A stretch of 64,000 bases of DNA, from NCBI GenBank assembly GCA_963701855.1, contig CAVPBK010000006.1, positions 416,001-480,000 on the forward strand. The letters run 5' to 3'. The notes under the pieces were generated by a model. It was not told the origin of the DNA, did no database searches, and saw only the letters and a list, made by a program, of their open reading frames with translations. Each line of letters opens with the position of its first letter. The stretch's first letter is position 1. This stretch comes from Nitrospirota bacterium. Lineage in GTDB: Bacteria; Nitrospirota; Nitrospiria; Nitrospirales; Nitrospiraceae. The translations under genes were made by a program, and so were the position numbers. Below are positions 17,997 to 27,812 of this stretch, in pieces.

Positions 17997-19967
17997 TTAT
18001 TTGAATCGCGCAACGGGCTGCAGTCTGACCAAGGCTCCCTGGCCTGGCCCGGGGAGACAGAGGGGCTCCTGTTCGTTGCCATACTGTTCCTGGGCTACCT
18101 TGCGCACCTGCTTCTTGGTGTAGATGCAGAGTTCGCCGGCGAGGATCGTGCCGTCCTTGTCGAGATCGGCTGAGCCGCCAAACCCTTTCAAGAGGTGATA
18201 GGTAAACAGCCCATGCTGACCGGGATCGTAAGCGTGCGCCGGTTGGACAGCGCGGTTGCCGATTATCCACATGATCTTTTCTTTCCCACTGCCTTCCTGT
18301 TCCCACAACGGGGTGATCGTACCGACAGCCTCTGCGCTGGGCGCCAGTTCAAGCGAGAGATCGAGCATCACGACGGCCTGTTGAATCGGCAATTTGGCCA
18401 AGGATTCCTGCAACCGGCGAAGCGAGTATCGGCTGGCGCCTGACGTGGCCATACTATCGAACGACAATATCGAGACCGCGCCGGTGACTGGCTCAACAAC
18501 TCCCCGTCCTGTGACTGAGACATAGACGACGGTGGTGGGGGTTACCTGCGTGGGCAGCCATTCTTCCAAGACCTTAACCAGATCGCTCTTGAGGGCATGG
18601 GTATCCACAAGGGTGCGCACGCGCTCGGGAGGAATCCCTCCGATTGATTTGAGGTACATGGCCATAACCTCCGCATCTCGTGCGGCGTACTTGACCCTGG
18701 CCAGGCCGCTCTCCCGAAACTGCCCCACCCCGACAACAATGCCGACAGCCTTCGGCTGTTTGAGCATGCTGGTCCGCTTCGGCAACTGATCGACATCGAC
18801 CGGCAGCGCTACAGTCCCCGCCGAAGGCTCAGGCGTCATCGCCACTAAAAACTTTTTGGCGGGCGGCAGCGTGACCGATGAGGATCCTGCACGCAATATC
18901 AGTGTCAACTCCTCCTGCAGGGGATCTTTCACCATGCCGACTTTGCCTTCCAGCGTCAGATGCTTCACCTCGCCGGGCTGAAGATCGCCGATGGTGACCA
19001 CGCTGGGAATCTGCTCGATCAAGAGCGGCGTGGCAGTGACCGATAACTCGACAGCCCGTGCGGACCCAGGCCCTTCATTTTTGACTTCAATTTCAATCGC
19101 GATAGCTTCGCCGCTATGGAGCACCTGATTGCGATTGGCTTCATGGACGATTGCTCTGAAAATGACCGTGGTAGGTTCGTCCGCTGAAACCGGCACAGGA
19201 ACGGCTACCGCTGACTGCAGCGCGGCTGTCGGTTTCGCCGATGTAGATACCCCATCGGTTGAAATAGAGGACAGCGGAGGGGCGGTCGCCGTAGCTGCGT
19301 TGGATGTACCGGCCTCGCGGGCTTGCGCAGCGTCGATGATCTTGTTGGAAGTCCCGAGTTGATTGGCCATGCCATCTGTCACAAAACCCATGGCCTCTTG
19401 GGCAATTGTATCGAGCCCCTTCACCTCGCACGAAGCCTCGGTCACTTCGACCTCTCCACGCCCGATGCTTTGTATTTTCTTGCTGTAGAGGACCGTGCCG
19501 TCGGCGGTCTTGTACGCAAAGTCCAATCCCATGGTAACCGTGGCTGGATAACGCTTGTTGGCCTTTCGAACGATAGCGAGATCGACATAGGCCAAGCCCA
19601 ACGATGCATCGACAACGCCATCCGGCATCGACGAAGGCCTCGTCTCACCTGTCACGACCTTTTCAAAGACGCGGCCTGTTTTCCGTCTAAGCAATTCTTG
19701 TAATGGAGCGCTGATCGGTAAGGATTGCCTCTGGCCACAAGCGTCCTGATAGATAAGTTGGGCTCCAACGATGCTGGGGTCGGATCGAAGGTGAACGGTC
19801 AACGGGAGAAAGTATCCGATGGTTTCGGAGTCTCGACTCGATAAAGACGAGCAGTTCGCCAACGTCGCAACGCACAACCCCACGACAACCCCTGAGGCTG
19901 CACGAAACAGAATGGACAGACGCGCTGGATCAAGAACCTCCACAATCATTCTTATACAGAAAAGCAA
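17997..19967 (-). CDS. Lipoprotein with Ig/CARDB-like domain and a C-terminal caspase-like (C14) domain, probably catalytically inactive
   Basis: AVGIVVGV..YAARDAE, GLFTYHLLKG, DLDKDG; the usual GHG and DAC motifs read GRG and DLS. Confidence 0.7.
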   Translation of the reverse strand: MLFCIRMIVEVLDPARLSILFRAASGVVVGLCVATLANCSSLSSRDSETIGYFLPLTVHLRSDPSIVGAQLIYQDACGQRQSLPISAPLQELLRRKTGRVFEKVVTGETRPSSMPDGVVDASLGLAYVDLAIVRKANKRYPATVTMGLDFAYKTADGTVLYSKKIQSIGRGEVEVTEASCEVKGLDTIAQEAMGFVTDGMANQLGTSNKIIDAAQAREAGTSNAATATAPPLSSISTDGVSTSAKPTAALQSAVAVPVPVSADEPTTVIFRAIVHEANRNQVLHSGEAIAIEIEVKNEGPGSARAVELSVTATPLLIEQIPSVVTIGDLQPGEVKHLTLEGKVGMVKDPLQEELTLILRAGSSSVTLPPAKKFLVAMTPEPSAGTVALPVDVDQLPKRTSMLKQPKAVGIVVGVGQFRESGLARVKYAARDAEVMAMYLKSIGGIPPERVRTLVDTHALKSDLVKVLEEWLPTQVTPTTVVYVSVTGRGVVEPVTGAVSILSFDSMATSGASRYSLRRLQESLAKLPIQQAVVMLDLSLELAPSAEAVGTITPLWEQEGSGKEKIMWIIGNRAVQPAHAYDPGQHGLFTYHLLKGFGGSADLDKDGTILAGELCIYTKKQVRKVAQEQYGNEQEPLCLPGPGQGALVRLQPVARFK

Positions 19968-20003
19968 CCAATGAGCACAACCCGCCGAACGAGACGAGAA
20001 CCC

Positions 20004-20122
20004 AGTCTATCTAGTCTGTTTGGTCTATCTGGTCTGTCTCGTGTGTGTCAAACAACAAAACAAACTCGATAGACCAGACCAACCAGACAGACCAGATAGA
20101 CGAGGCAGACAAAATAGACCAA
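20004..20122. repeat. Inverted array of 9-bp repeats (TCTGGTCTA / TAGACCAGA)
   Basis: Left-arm gtctatct/ggtct units, right-arm tagaccaga units; related copies at 21114-21183 and 61952-62012. Confidence 0.7.
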
Positions 20123-20133
20123 GAGTCTCGGCG

Positions 20134-20162
20134 TTGACAGCCCGGAACCCCTCGGCTAAGGT
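20134..20162 (+). promoter_or_regulatory. Putative sigma70 promoter of ubiA (likely leaderless)
   Basis: TTGACA-N17-TAAGGT, with ATG 7 nt downstream. Confidence 0.55.
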
Positions 20163-20169
20163 CATCCGC

Positions 20170-21069
20170 ATGACCAAGTCTTTTTCACCAGCACCGGAAT
20201 CGTCATCGCCGCCTAGGCTCTCCTGGTCGGCTGCCAGCCGGCTCATTCGTTTACAGAGCCAGACTGGGACATGGTTACTGATGTTCCCGACTCTGTGGTC
20301 CTTGGTCTTAGCCGCGCGCGGTATCCCTCCGCTTCGTTTGCTTGCCATCTTCGTCACCGGATCCTTTGTGATGCGCAGCGCAGGAGTCGTGCTGAACGAT
20401 TTAGCGGATCGATCTTTCGATCGACATGTGACTCGCACGCGGATACGGCCACTCGCATCAGGTGAATTGAGCCTGACACATGCACTGCTGATCGTCGGCT
20501 TCTTCCTCTTGCTCGCCGGAATGCTCGTGCTGCTCCTCGACCCACTGACGATTCTCTTGAGTCCGATTGCCGTCCTCTTGGCCGGCCTTTATCCCTTTGC
20601 GAAACGTGTGATCCACATCCCGCAAGCAATGTTGGGTATCGCTTTTGGCTGGGGCACCATCATGGCTTGGACCGCCTCGCGGGGAGACATCGAAGCGCCG
20701 GCTTGGTGCCTGTTTGCTGCGACGGTCTGCTGGGCGATCGGATACGATACGATCTACGCGCTTCAAGATCGGGAGGACGATCGTCGGATCGGTGTGAAAT
20801 CCTCAGCGCTGTTGTTCGGTTCGTCAACGTGGATTGCGGTCGGCGTGGTCTTCTGCGCGATGCTGCTGTTGCTGGGACTCGCAGGCTGGTTCGCCCACAT
20901 CGGATGGATCTACTATGCAGCCCTTGCTGCCATTGGAGTGTGGTGTCTGCGGCAATCCCTACAGCTTAGACAGACCATACCGACTCCCACCGCGTTCCAC
21001 ATGTTTCAGCAACATGTATGGGTAGGAGCCGCGGTCTTTATTGGAATGATTGCCGGATTTTTGCTGTAA
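20170..21069 (+). CDS. ubiA: 4-hydroxybenzoate polyprenyltransferase
   Basis: RSAGVVLNDLADRSFDRHVTRTRIRPLASG, YDTIYALQDREDD. Confidence 0.92.
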   Translation: MTKSFSPAPESSSPPRLSWSAASRLIRLQSQTGTWLLMFPTLWSLVLAARGIPPLRLLAIFVTGSFVMRSAGVVLNDLADRSFDRHVTRTRIRPLASGELSLTHALLIVGFFLLLAGMLVLLLDPLTILLSPIAVLLAGLYPFAKRVIHIPQAMLGIAFGWGTIMAWTASRGDIEAPAWCLFAATVCWAIGYDTIYALQDREDDRRIGVKSSALLFGSSTWIAVGVVFCAMLLLLGLAGWFAHIGWIYYAALAAIGVWCLRQSLQLRQTIPTPTAFHMFQQHVWVGAAVFIGMIAGFLL

Positions 21070-21113
21070 CGGAGGGAATGGAAACAGTCCGCAGCCAGTC
21101 TTGTTCAAATAAT

Positions 21114-21183
21114 TCGTCTGGTCTATTCGGTCTATCTGGTTCGCTTTATTCAAGCAAATCAAGAAGACAGCCCGCTAGACCAA
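21114..21183. repeat. 9-bp repeat element copy downstream of ubiA
   Basis: cgtctggtctattcggtctatctggt ... tagacc. Confidence 0.5.
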
Positions 21184-21205
21184 ATTTTTCTCAGTTCTCG
21201 AAAGC

Positions 21206-22297
21206 TTATTTTTTGGCCTTCTCTTCCTTGGCTTTGGCCGCAGCCTTTGCTGCCTCAGCCTTTTCCGCAGCAGCTGCAGCTGCTGCCTTCTGGATGTCTT
21301 CCTCGGTCGTCATCGATTTCAATGTCGTCAGATACAGTGTGACGGCCTTGGCATCGGCATCGCTAAGCCCCAGCGCCGGCATCCTGGTTTCCGCATTCAT
21401 CGCCTGCGGGTTCTTCAACCACCGATAGACCCAGGTCCCATTCAATCTGAATCCCGCCCGATCGAGCGCCGGCCCAACCTTGCCGCCATCTGGGCCAATA
21501 CTATGGCAACCGTTGCAGCCATACTTATTTTCATAGAGCCGTTGGCCATACGCTACCGTCTTTGCTAGCTGGTCTGGCTTTATCGTGAGATCCGGTCTGG
21601 GAACGCTTGTGCCTTTTCCTGGTCTCGTCACGAGATTCGTCATTGCAGCCTGTGCAACATCGAGTTCTTTCTTCGCCTTGCTCATGGCTGCTAACTCGTC
21701 AGCATAGGAGGACTCGTCTGGCTCAACGTCCTTTTTGAGTGCTTCACTTTTCTTTTCCGCTTCCTCGCTGGCTTGCTTCTCGGCCGCCTCATACGCCTTC
21801 GTGGCCTGCTCCAAATTAGTTTTCGCAGTTAGGAGCGCCGTCTCCAGCTGTTTCTTCCGTTCCTCGACTTTAAACTCCATCTTTCCGCCATGGAGACCGC
21901 GAACATACCCAACAATGGCCCAAATCTCTTCTTCCGATAGGGTGTACTTGAAGGTCGGCATGGTCGGCACGGCAAAATCGTCGTCGCCGATTTCATCTCC
22001 ACCCTCTTCGCTCGTATCCTTCATATCGCGAGAAATCGTATTGAAGATATCTTCGTCTTTAAACGTGCTCATTTCTGACTTGTTCGTGAGATCTTTGGGC
22101 TTCGGATCCGGCATCGAGGACCAATTGAATCCTTCGTTCTGCTTTCCGCTCTCACCGTGACAATGCGAGCAGTAATGGCCATAAAGTTCATGCCCCTTCG
22201 CCCCTTGCTCATTGGCACAACCTGCCACGGTCACCAAGGCCCAGACACCGGCCACTACCCCCACTATTCCCATTACATATAGCCGAGCCGCCTTCAT
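21206..22297 (-). CDS. Diheme c-type cytochrome lipoprotein with a coiled-coil linker
   Basis: CSHCH and CNGCH; lipobox VAG-C. Confidence 0.9.
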   Translation of the reverse strand: MKAARLYVMGIVGVVAGVWALVTVAGCANEQGAKGHELYGHYCSHCHGESGKQNEGFNWSSMPDPKPKDLTNKSEMSTFKDEDIFNTISRDMKDTSEEGGDEIGDDDFAVPTMPTFKYTLSEEEIWAIVGYVRGLHGGKMEFKVEERKKQLETALLTAKTNLEQATKAYEAAEKQASEEAEKKSEALKKDVEPDESSYADELAAMSKAKKELDVAQAAMTNLVTRPGKGTSVPRPDLTIKPDQLAKTVAYGQRLYENKYGCNGCHSIGPDGGKVGPALDRAGFRLNGTWVYRWLKNPQAMNAETRMPALGLSDADAKAVTLYLTTLKSMTTEEDIQKAAAAAAAEKAEAAKAAAKAKEEKAKK

Positions 22298-23160
22298 GCT
22301 GATTGCCCTTTCTTTAGCTTACGGATCAGAACGAACTGAAATCCGAGAGCCAGGCCCACGGCAATGGCCGCATAGTAATAACCAGTATAATCCGGTGGCG
22401 CTTCTGCACGGAAATACCACCAGGATGAGACGGCTTTTTGGGAGCCCTTCTCCTTCAGCTCGCCGCTGCTTGGATCTTTCTTGCCATCCCAGGCAGCAAA
22501 GCCGATATTGATGAACCCGGCTGTCGTGATCTGCGTATCTTCTTCAGGATTCTCGGTGGCAAGCGGCCGCGTAAAGACCACTTTCCATCTACCGTTCGCG
22601 TAGGTTCCTTTGGCCTTCACATCCTGGTGCGTCTGTATTTTGAGTGTGCCGAAGCCCTTGGCGTTCATGTCAACGCCTTTGCCGTCTTTGTTCTTCCAAT
22701 ACCAAATATTGACCGGGCCGCCTTCCACCTGTGCCATCGGCTGGCCATGCGCAAAGTGGGCCTTCTTGTCGCCCACCATGAACTGAATCGCAGCTGCATC
22801 GTCCGGATCTTCGGTCGGATCGGCGTACTCCAAGAGAATGGCCACGTTAGTTCCGTCGTGCAAGCCACGGACGATTATGTCTTTGACCGTCGCTTCCAGA
22901 ATACGGGTCGGCCAATGGACTTGAGGCGACATTGGGAATGTCGCCGGAGGCGCGCTGTTCCACACTGCCGCGGTCGGATCATCTGCCGGCAGGGCACCCT
23001 TCACCAGCGGAGCGCTGACCGACGAGCTTGCCTGAGTTTCTGCTGGAGCGGCGGCCTTGGGGTTTTCTTCGGCTGCGGCGGGCTGCACGATCAAAAACCC
23101 TATGGCAAGGCACACGCCGCCGACGACATTCGGAACGATTCGACTGAGTCCGCGTATCAT
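22294..23160 (-). CDS. Heme-b DOMON-like protein (ethylbenzene dehydrogenase gamma/NxrC-like), C-terminal TM anchor
   Basis: DAAAIQF, VNIWYWK, GRWKVVFTRPL, FAAWDG; signal peptide. Confidence 0.8.
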   Translation of the reverse strand: MIRGLSRIVPNVVGGVCLAIGFLIVQPAAAEENPKAAAPAETQASSSVSAPLVKGALPADDPTAAVWNSAPPATFPMSPQVHWPTRILEATVKDIIVRGLHDGTNVAILLEYADPTEDPDDAAAIQFMVGDKKAHFAHGQPMAQVEGGPVNIWYWKNKDGKGVDMNAKGFGTLKIQTHQDVKAKGTYANGRWKVVFTRPLATENPEEDTQITTAGFINIGFAAWDGKKDPSSGELKEKGSQKAVSSWWYFRAEAPPDYTGYYYAAIAVGLALGFQFVLIRKLKKGQSA

Positions 23161-23337
23161 AAGTTCCGTCCTCTCTCTACTTACTTCATCAGAGGTGTGG
23201 CTCTTTGCCTTCCTCGATATCTCTTCAGGGATGGAGGCTGATTGATCTCCCACTGCGCGCGTCCAACGAGGGCCTTCTGAGGCCGCGCGTTGCGCGAGCA
23301 CAGGAGATCAACAGGCTCCATCCCATCCTCTGCCCCG

Positions 23338-24054
23338 CTATTCCCAGGTCCGAGGCGATTGATGCGCGCCATCGTACTCGCCCATGATGATTTTCCAGAT
23401 CCATTCGTCTGGAAGTTCAAGCTCCCAGCGAGGCATCGCGGATTTCCACGGCATTCCTTCGATCGGGAGGCCGACGCCGCCCTTTTTAATTCGCCAGAAC
23501 AGATAGCTTTCCTGGAGCATCGCGATCGTCGTGGGATCGGAGAAGTTAGCCGGGGGAGGATTGAATCCCCTGGCCGCAGAACCCTTTCCGTCGAAGTTTC
23601 CTCCGTGGCAGGGGGAACAGAATGCCGCATAGAAGCCCTTCCCCTGCTGGATCGTGTCCGGTGTCTTTGGAACCGGATTTGACAACCCTGCATACTCACC
23701 CGGCGGAGCCGGATGAATGGTCCTGTTTTCGCCAGGAGGCGCATCGCTGACCGCCGTACTATTGTAGGTTTGCCAGCCGACCAGTAAAGGGAACAGAATC
23801 AGGACACCGTACCGTAATGCTTGCAGTCCGCCAATACTCTCTCCCGTCAAGAAGCGTTGAAGCGGACCCCAAAACTCCTCTTTGGACTCCGCGCTCACTG
23901 TGGCAAGGATGAGAAACCCCGACGTCGTCAGCAATAGGTACAGAAACACCAGACTGGCCGGCAGCGGAGCCGAGCCAGGGATATTGGGCACCACAAATTT
24001 CAGAATCAAATAGGTGATGACATTCAACAAGATCAGTTTGATCAACGGCCCCAT
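23338..24054 (-). CDS. Membrane-bound monoheme cytochrome c
   Basis: Three N-terminal TMs; CSPCH; SAMP. Confidence 0.88.
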   Translation of the reverse strand: MGPLIKLILLNVITYLILKFVVPNIPGSAPLPASLVFLYLLLTTSGFLILATVSAESKEEFWGPLQRFLTGESIGGLQALRYGVLILFPLLVGWQTYNSTAVSDAPPGENRTIHPAPPGEYAGLSNPVPKTPDTIQQGKGFYAAFCSPCHGGNFDGKGSAARGFNPPPANFSDPTTIAMLQESYLFWRIKKGGVGLPIEGMPWKSAMPRWELELPDEWIWKIIMGEYDGAHQSPRTWE

Positions 24055-24064
24055 ACGTTCCTCC

Positions 24065-24694
24065 TCAGCGCGCTTGCGCCACGGCCACTGGACCGGACTG
24101 AGCTGCCTTCACCGGAGCGGCAGGCGCCTGTCCCGGCACGTCTAGTTCAGATGGATTGATAGAAATCGGTTCGCCGCTCATCTGCTGTAGGAATGCGATA
24201 ACCGAGAGAATTTCGTTCCTGGACAGCCCAATCGGGTTCTTATTGATGGCGGGCATGTCGGCTGGATAGTGCTTTGGCAGCCCTTCATGGCGATAGTCCA
24301 TATAGATATACGCCTGTGGCTGCGTCAAGCTTTCATAGAGAAACTCACGGCTCAACTTGGCCCCGATCCCCTTCAAGTCCGGGCAACGGGCTGACTCGCT
24401 GGGGCCGATCGTGTGACACAGCGCACATTGGCCCTTACTAAAGAAAATCTTCTGCCCAATAGCCGCCAAATCCGTCGGTGTTTTGACCGTGGCAATGTCG
24501 AATTTCTCCTCAACAGGCGGTAACGACGCCATCTGCGGAATCGACAACGACGTGAGCATGAAGATGCCGAGCACAATCGCGACGAACCCGATGACCCGCG
24601 GGAACACGGATTTAATAAAGAGGAGAATGAGGATCCCGCTCCCTACCACCGAGAGACAAATCAATTGCAGTCTGGCTACTTCACTCATAATCAC
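24065..24694 (-). CDS. Membrane-bound monoheme cytochrome c
   Basis: CALCH; N-terminal TMs. Confidence 0.88.
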   Translation of the reverse strand: MIMSEVARLQLICLSVVGSGILILLFIKSVFPRVIGFVAIVLGIFMLTSLSIPQMASLPPVEEKFDIATVKTPTDLAAIGQKIFFSKGQCALCHTIGPSESARCPDLKGIGAKLSREFLYESLTQPQAYIYMDYRHEGLPKHYPADMPAINKNPIGLSRNEILSVIAFLQQMSGEPISINPSELDVPGQAPAAPVKAAQSGPVAVAQAR

Positions 24695-24762
24695 CCTTCC
24701 CTGCGGAATGGTACATATTGAATGTACTCTGTTGAGTGGAACGTCAACTCAACGTTCATCAC

Positions 24763-26655
24763 TCACAATGAATCAATGCGGTTCGGTTTATCGAGCGCAC
24801 TCGATGCGCCTGCCATCGCCGGCATACCATGGGGCAATTCCCCCTTACTCGGCGCTGTCGTGGCCGCTTTAGCCTTATCACCCATCGTGGCCACCCAGAA
24901 AATGAACGCGACAATCATGCAGAAAAAGAACGTGCACAAGGCCATGATCCCGGATGCATAGCCGAGTGCCGGTGAAAACGCGTATTGCGACGTATCACGG
25001 ACGACCCCATACACATGCCAATGGACGCGAGAGGACGACCGTGCATACCCCATCAAGGTCATCAGGAGGATGACCATGATCGCGTTGAGGACCAGAGAGT
25101 AACCGGCACGGGGCGGCATCTTGCCCCAGACCATTTCCGTTGTGGTCTTGGCGCTCTTCAGCAGCAAGGCTGTCAGCGGCGTGATGGTCAACATGACCCC
25201 GATCACGATCAATACCTGCGACGTCGAGAAATAATTGATGCGAATAATTGCGGGAACAAAATATCCCCACACACCGAGGATAATCACCCCGATTCCGGCA
25301 AGGACAAGCACGGCGCCCATGATTGCTTTGGCGACCTTCGCCCAGCCGGCCGTGTCTTGCTTACCAGCCCGCCAATACATAATGAAACTCATGAATGTCA
25401 CGAGAATCATCAAGTTCGATACGGTCATTTTTGCCGACATCACACCGAGGACTCCCAGAAGCGGGTGGTGAGTTCCTCCCATCTTTGCCGCCTCTTCCAA
25501 ACTCGCCACGAGCGAATGGGGGGTCATCCAGACAGCCAGGCACAATAGAAGAACTACCAGCATCGCCAACATCGGCTTCCGGTACTTCAACGCAGACCCG
25601 GGAATGCGATAGGTGATCCCCAGCCAGAAATAATAGTTCGACCCGAGAAAGAGCACCCCGATGAGCATGGCCTGCAGAATGAACAGCCACGAGAGGAAGC
25701 CTCCCATCAGCGTGATACCCATCTGCTGGTTGTACTGGTAAATTTCACGCATGAGCCAGTAACCGGCAAAGGGGAGCGACAACAGACCGAAGACGCCGAT
25801 GAAATTCCCGACGTAGCCCATCCAGTCGTAGTGATCGCGCTCTTCCGGGGTTTTGGCAGACAGATAGCGAATTCCGGCGTAGGCGCCGCAGATATAACCG
25901 CCCAGGACCACGTTGGCGATGATCCGGTGAATGTTGACCGGCCACCAGGTCGGATTCCATGTCGCGGCCCAGGCCCGCGCCATATCCGTCCCCTCCGCAA
26001 TCACGACAGGACTGGCCTGGAACGTAGCCCAGGAGTTCGGTATGATCATGATAAAAAATGCAAAGACGTTGAGCATGAGACCGAGAAAAATATGAAAAGT
26101 CTTCTTGCCGCCGTACTGCATTGCGTCCCAGCCATACCAGTAGAGGTACAGCGTCGCGGTCTCGACCAGGAAAAGGATGCAATAGACAATAAACGACGGG
26201 AAGAAAATATCGGTCAGATAGTTCATCAGCTTGGGATAAAACGCGATCAGCAGGAATAATAAGATGCCGCCGAAGAGCGCGGTTGTGGAATAAGCGGATG
26301 TCAGGAGTTTGGTGAATTCCTTGGCGAGTTTGTCATAGCGCTTTTCACCGCCCCTCCAGGCCACGACTTCGCATACCCAGGCAAACATCGGCACACCCAG
26401 TACAAATCCCGCAAGCAGCAAATGGAGCTGCGCCACAACCCAGATGACGTTGCGGCTGCCGACGTAGGGAACGTCACGATACTCCGTCGGGGCTGCCGGT
26501 GCGACATCTGCCCCAAAAGCCAGCGCGGGAAGGCTGAAGAGGCCTGCTGCTATCACAAGCCCCAAGAGCGTTCCCCCGTGCTCGCTCCCGTTCCGGAGAA
26601 GCCGCTGAATCCATCCACCCTGATATCGCATTGCCCTCACCTCATCATCTCCCAT
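24763..26655 (-). CDS. Cytochrome bd-like oxidase subunit I (Nitrospira/anammox type)
   Basis: AQLHLLLAGFVLG, ETATLYLYWY, NIHRIIAN, THHP, VHWH; many TMs. Confidence 0.85.
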   Translation of the reverse strand: MGDDEVRAMRYQGGWIQRLLRNGSEHGGTLLGLVIAAGLFSLPALAFGADVAPAAPTEYRDVPYVGSRNVIWVVAQLHLLLAGFVLGVPMFAWVCEVVAWRGGEKRYDKLAKEFTKLLTSAYSTTALFGGILLFLLIAFYPKLMNYLTDIFFPSFIVYCILFLVETATLYLYWYGWDAMQYGGKKTFHIFLGLMLNVFAFFIMIIPNSWATFQASPVVIAEGTDMARAWAATWNPTWWPVNIHRIIANVVLGGYICGAYAGIRYLSAKTPEERDHYDWMGYVGNFIGVFGLLSLPFAGYWLMREIYQYNQQMGITLMGGFLSWLFILQAMLIGVLFLGSNYYFWLGITYRIPGSALKYRKPMLAMLVVLLLCLAVWMTPHSLVASLEEAAKMGGTHHPLLGVLGVMSAKMTVSNLMILVTFMSFIMYWRAGKQDTAGWAKVAKAIMGAVLVLAGIGVIILGVWGYFVPAIIRINYFSTSQVLIVIGVMLTITPLTALLLKSAKTTTEMVWGKMPPRAGYSLVLNAIMVILLMTLMGYARSSSRVHWHVYGVVRDTSQYAFSPALGYASGIMALCTFFFCMIVAFIFWVATMGDKAKAATTAPSKGELPHGMPAMAGASSALDKPNRIDSL

Positions 26656-26656
26656 G

Positions 26657-27682
26657 TTACTGGTTCCTGGCGGCAGCCGGAGCTGTTTCTGTTGCTTCCG
26701 GTACTTCCTGCACTTTCACGGCTTCTGTGTCTGCTTTGTCTTTTTCCTTGCTCCGCGCTTTTTTCAGTTCAGATTTCGCCCGCTGTTCTACCAGCATTTC
26801 GACCTGCGCCGCAAGATGAGCGATCATTTTTTCATCTTTATTCAGAGTCTCAAGAGGCTTGAATACCGGCGCGGGACTTTCTTCAATCTGCTTGCAACAA
26901 TCGTGCGGATGCGGGGTAAGCACCGGGAGAGAAGACCAGAACAGGAGTGACAACACCACAGCCACGCTGGACAATACTGTCAGCATCAATCCCTGATCCG
27001 CCGGCACCCGCATCAAATCCCAGCGGGTAATCAACCCTTGATAATTCTCCGACGCATGACCTGCCGACTCCACCGTCCCCCGAATCACCCGTCCTATGAG
27101 TGAAAAACCGATGACAAACAGCAACAGCAACGTCCCTGTGGCTACAGTGGCCCAGAGGGTCAGATCGATACTGATCCGCTCCGCCACAGGTATTCCCTTT
27201 AGAAGGTCCCTTTCAAATATCGAATTGGCGGCAGAAATCGCGACTTCAGTGATCGTACTCTGAACCACCCAGAGGATCGGCACATAGATGGCGCCGACCA
27301 ATGCACACTTCCACCAAAGCGTCGGCCCCAGCAAACTTGGCGGCTCGCGCCGTAACCGTTCGAGGAAAAATGTTCGACCCACGACCCTGAGTGCCCAGAT
27401 GTCGATGGGAATCGACAGCAAAAACAGCAACACGATGCCAATGCCTTCACCGATGTGCGAATCCAGCCCCAGAGTGATTGTTGGAAGCGCGAACACCGTG
27501 ACCGGACTTGCCAGGAGCATCAAGAAGGCGAGCCCGATTCTGTTTTCAAATTGCACGATTCCGAATGCCAGAAAGAGTACGGCGATGGCCAGCTTGAACG
27601 GCAGGCCGGTCCAGAAGGCGGGCCAGAGAATACCGAACCCGAGCTTTATGGGGGAGATGTGATCGTTCATGCGAATACCCAA
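26657..27682 (-). CDS. Multi-TM hypothetical membrane protein
   Basis: Several hydrophobic helices; within the respiratory operon. Confidence 0.75.
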   Translation of the reverse strand: MGIRMNDHISPIKLGFGILWPAFWTGLPFKLAIAVLFLAFGIVQFENRIGLAFLMLLASPVTVFALPTITLGLDSHIGEGIGIVLLFLLSIPIDIWALRVVGRTFFLERLRREPPSLLGPTLWWKCALVGAIYVPILWVVQSTITEVAISAANSIFERDLLKGIPVAERISIDLTLWATVATGTLLLLFVIGFSLIGRVIRGTVESAGHASENYQGLITRWDLMRVPADQGLMLTVLSSVAVVLSLLFWSSLPVLTPHPHDCCKQIEESPAPVFKPLETLNKDEKMIAHLAAQVEMLVEQRAKSELKKARSKEKDKADTEAVKVQEVPEATETAPAAARNQ

Positions 27683-27689
27683 CGATGAA

Positions 27690-27812
27690 CGCCAGCGGGC
27701 AGGTAGGCTGAAGTCGAGGTTGAGCGAAGATCCGACGTGCTCATCTGAGCTTCAACCTTAGCCTGAGCCTCAACCTTCTCCATGCTGGCAAACATTTTCA
27801 GCATTCTGCTAA
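27690..27812. repeat. REP/MITE-like intergenic palindrome with 6-bp repeats
   Basis: gccagc...aggctg/aggttg...caacct/agcct...gctggc..ttttcagcattctgc; end resembles ggctgctgaaaaagcccgccagc at 61914. Confidence 0.5.

Noticed and set aside
20020..20169. Repetitive N-terminal extension of UbiA, and ORF 61953-62159
   Set aside because: Translation of the 9-bp repeat element, upstream of the likely promoter
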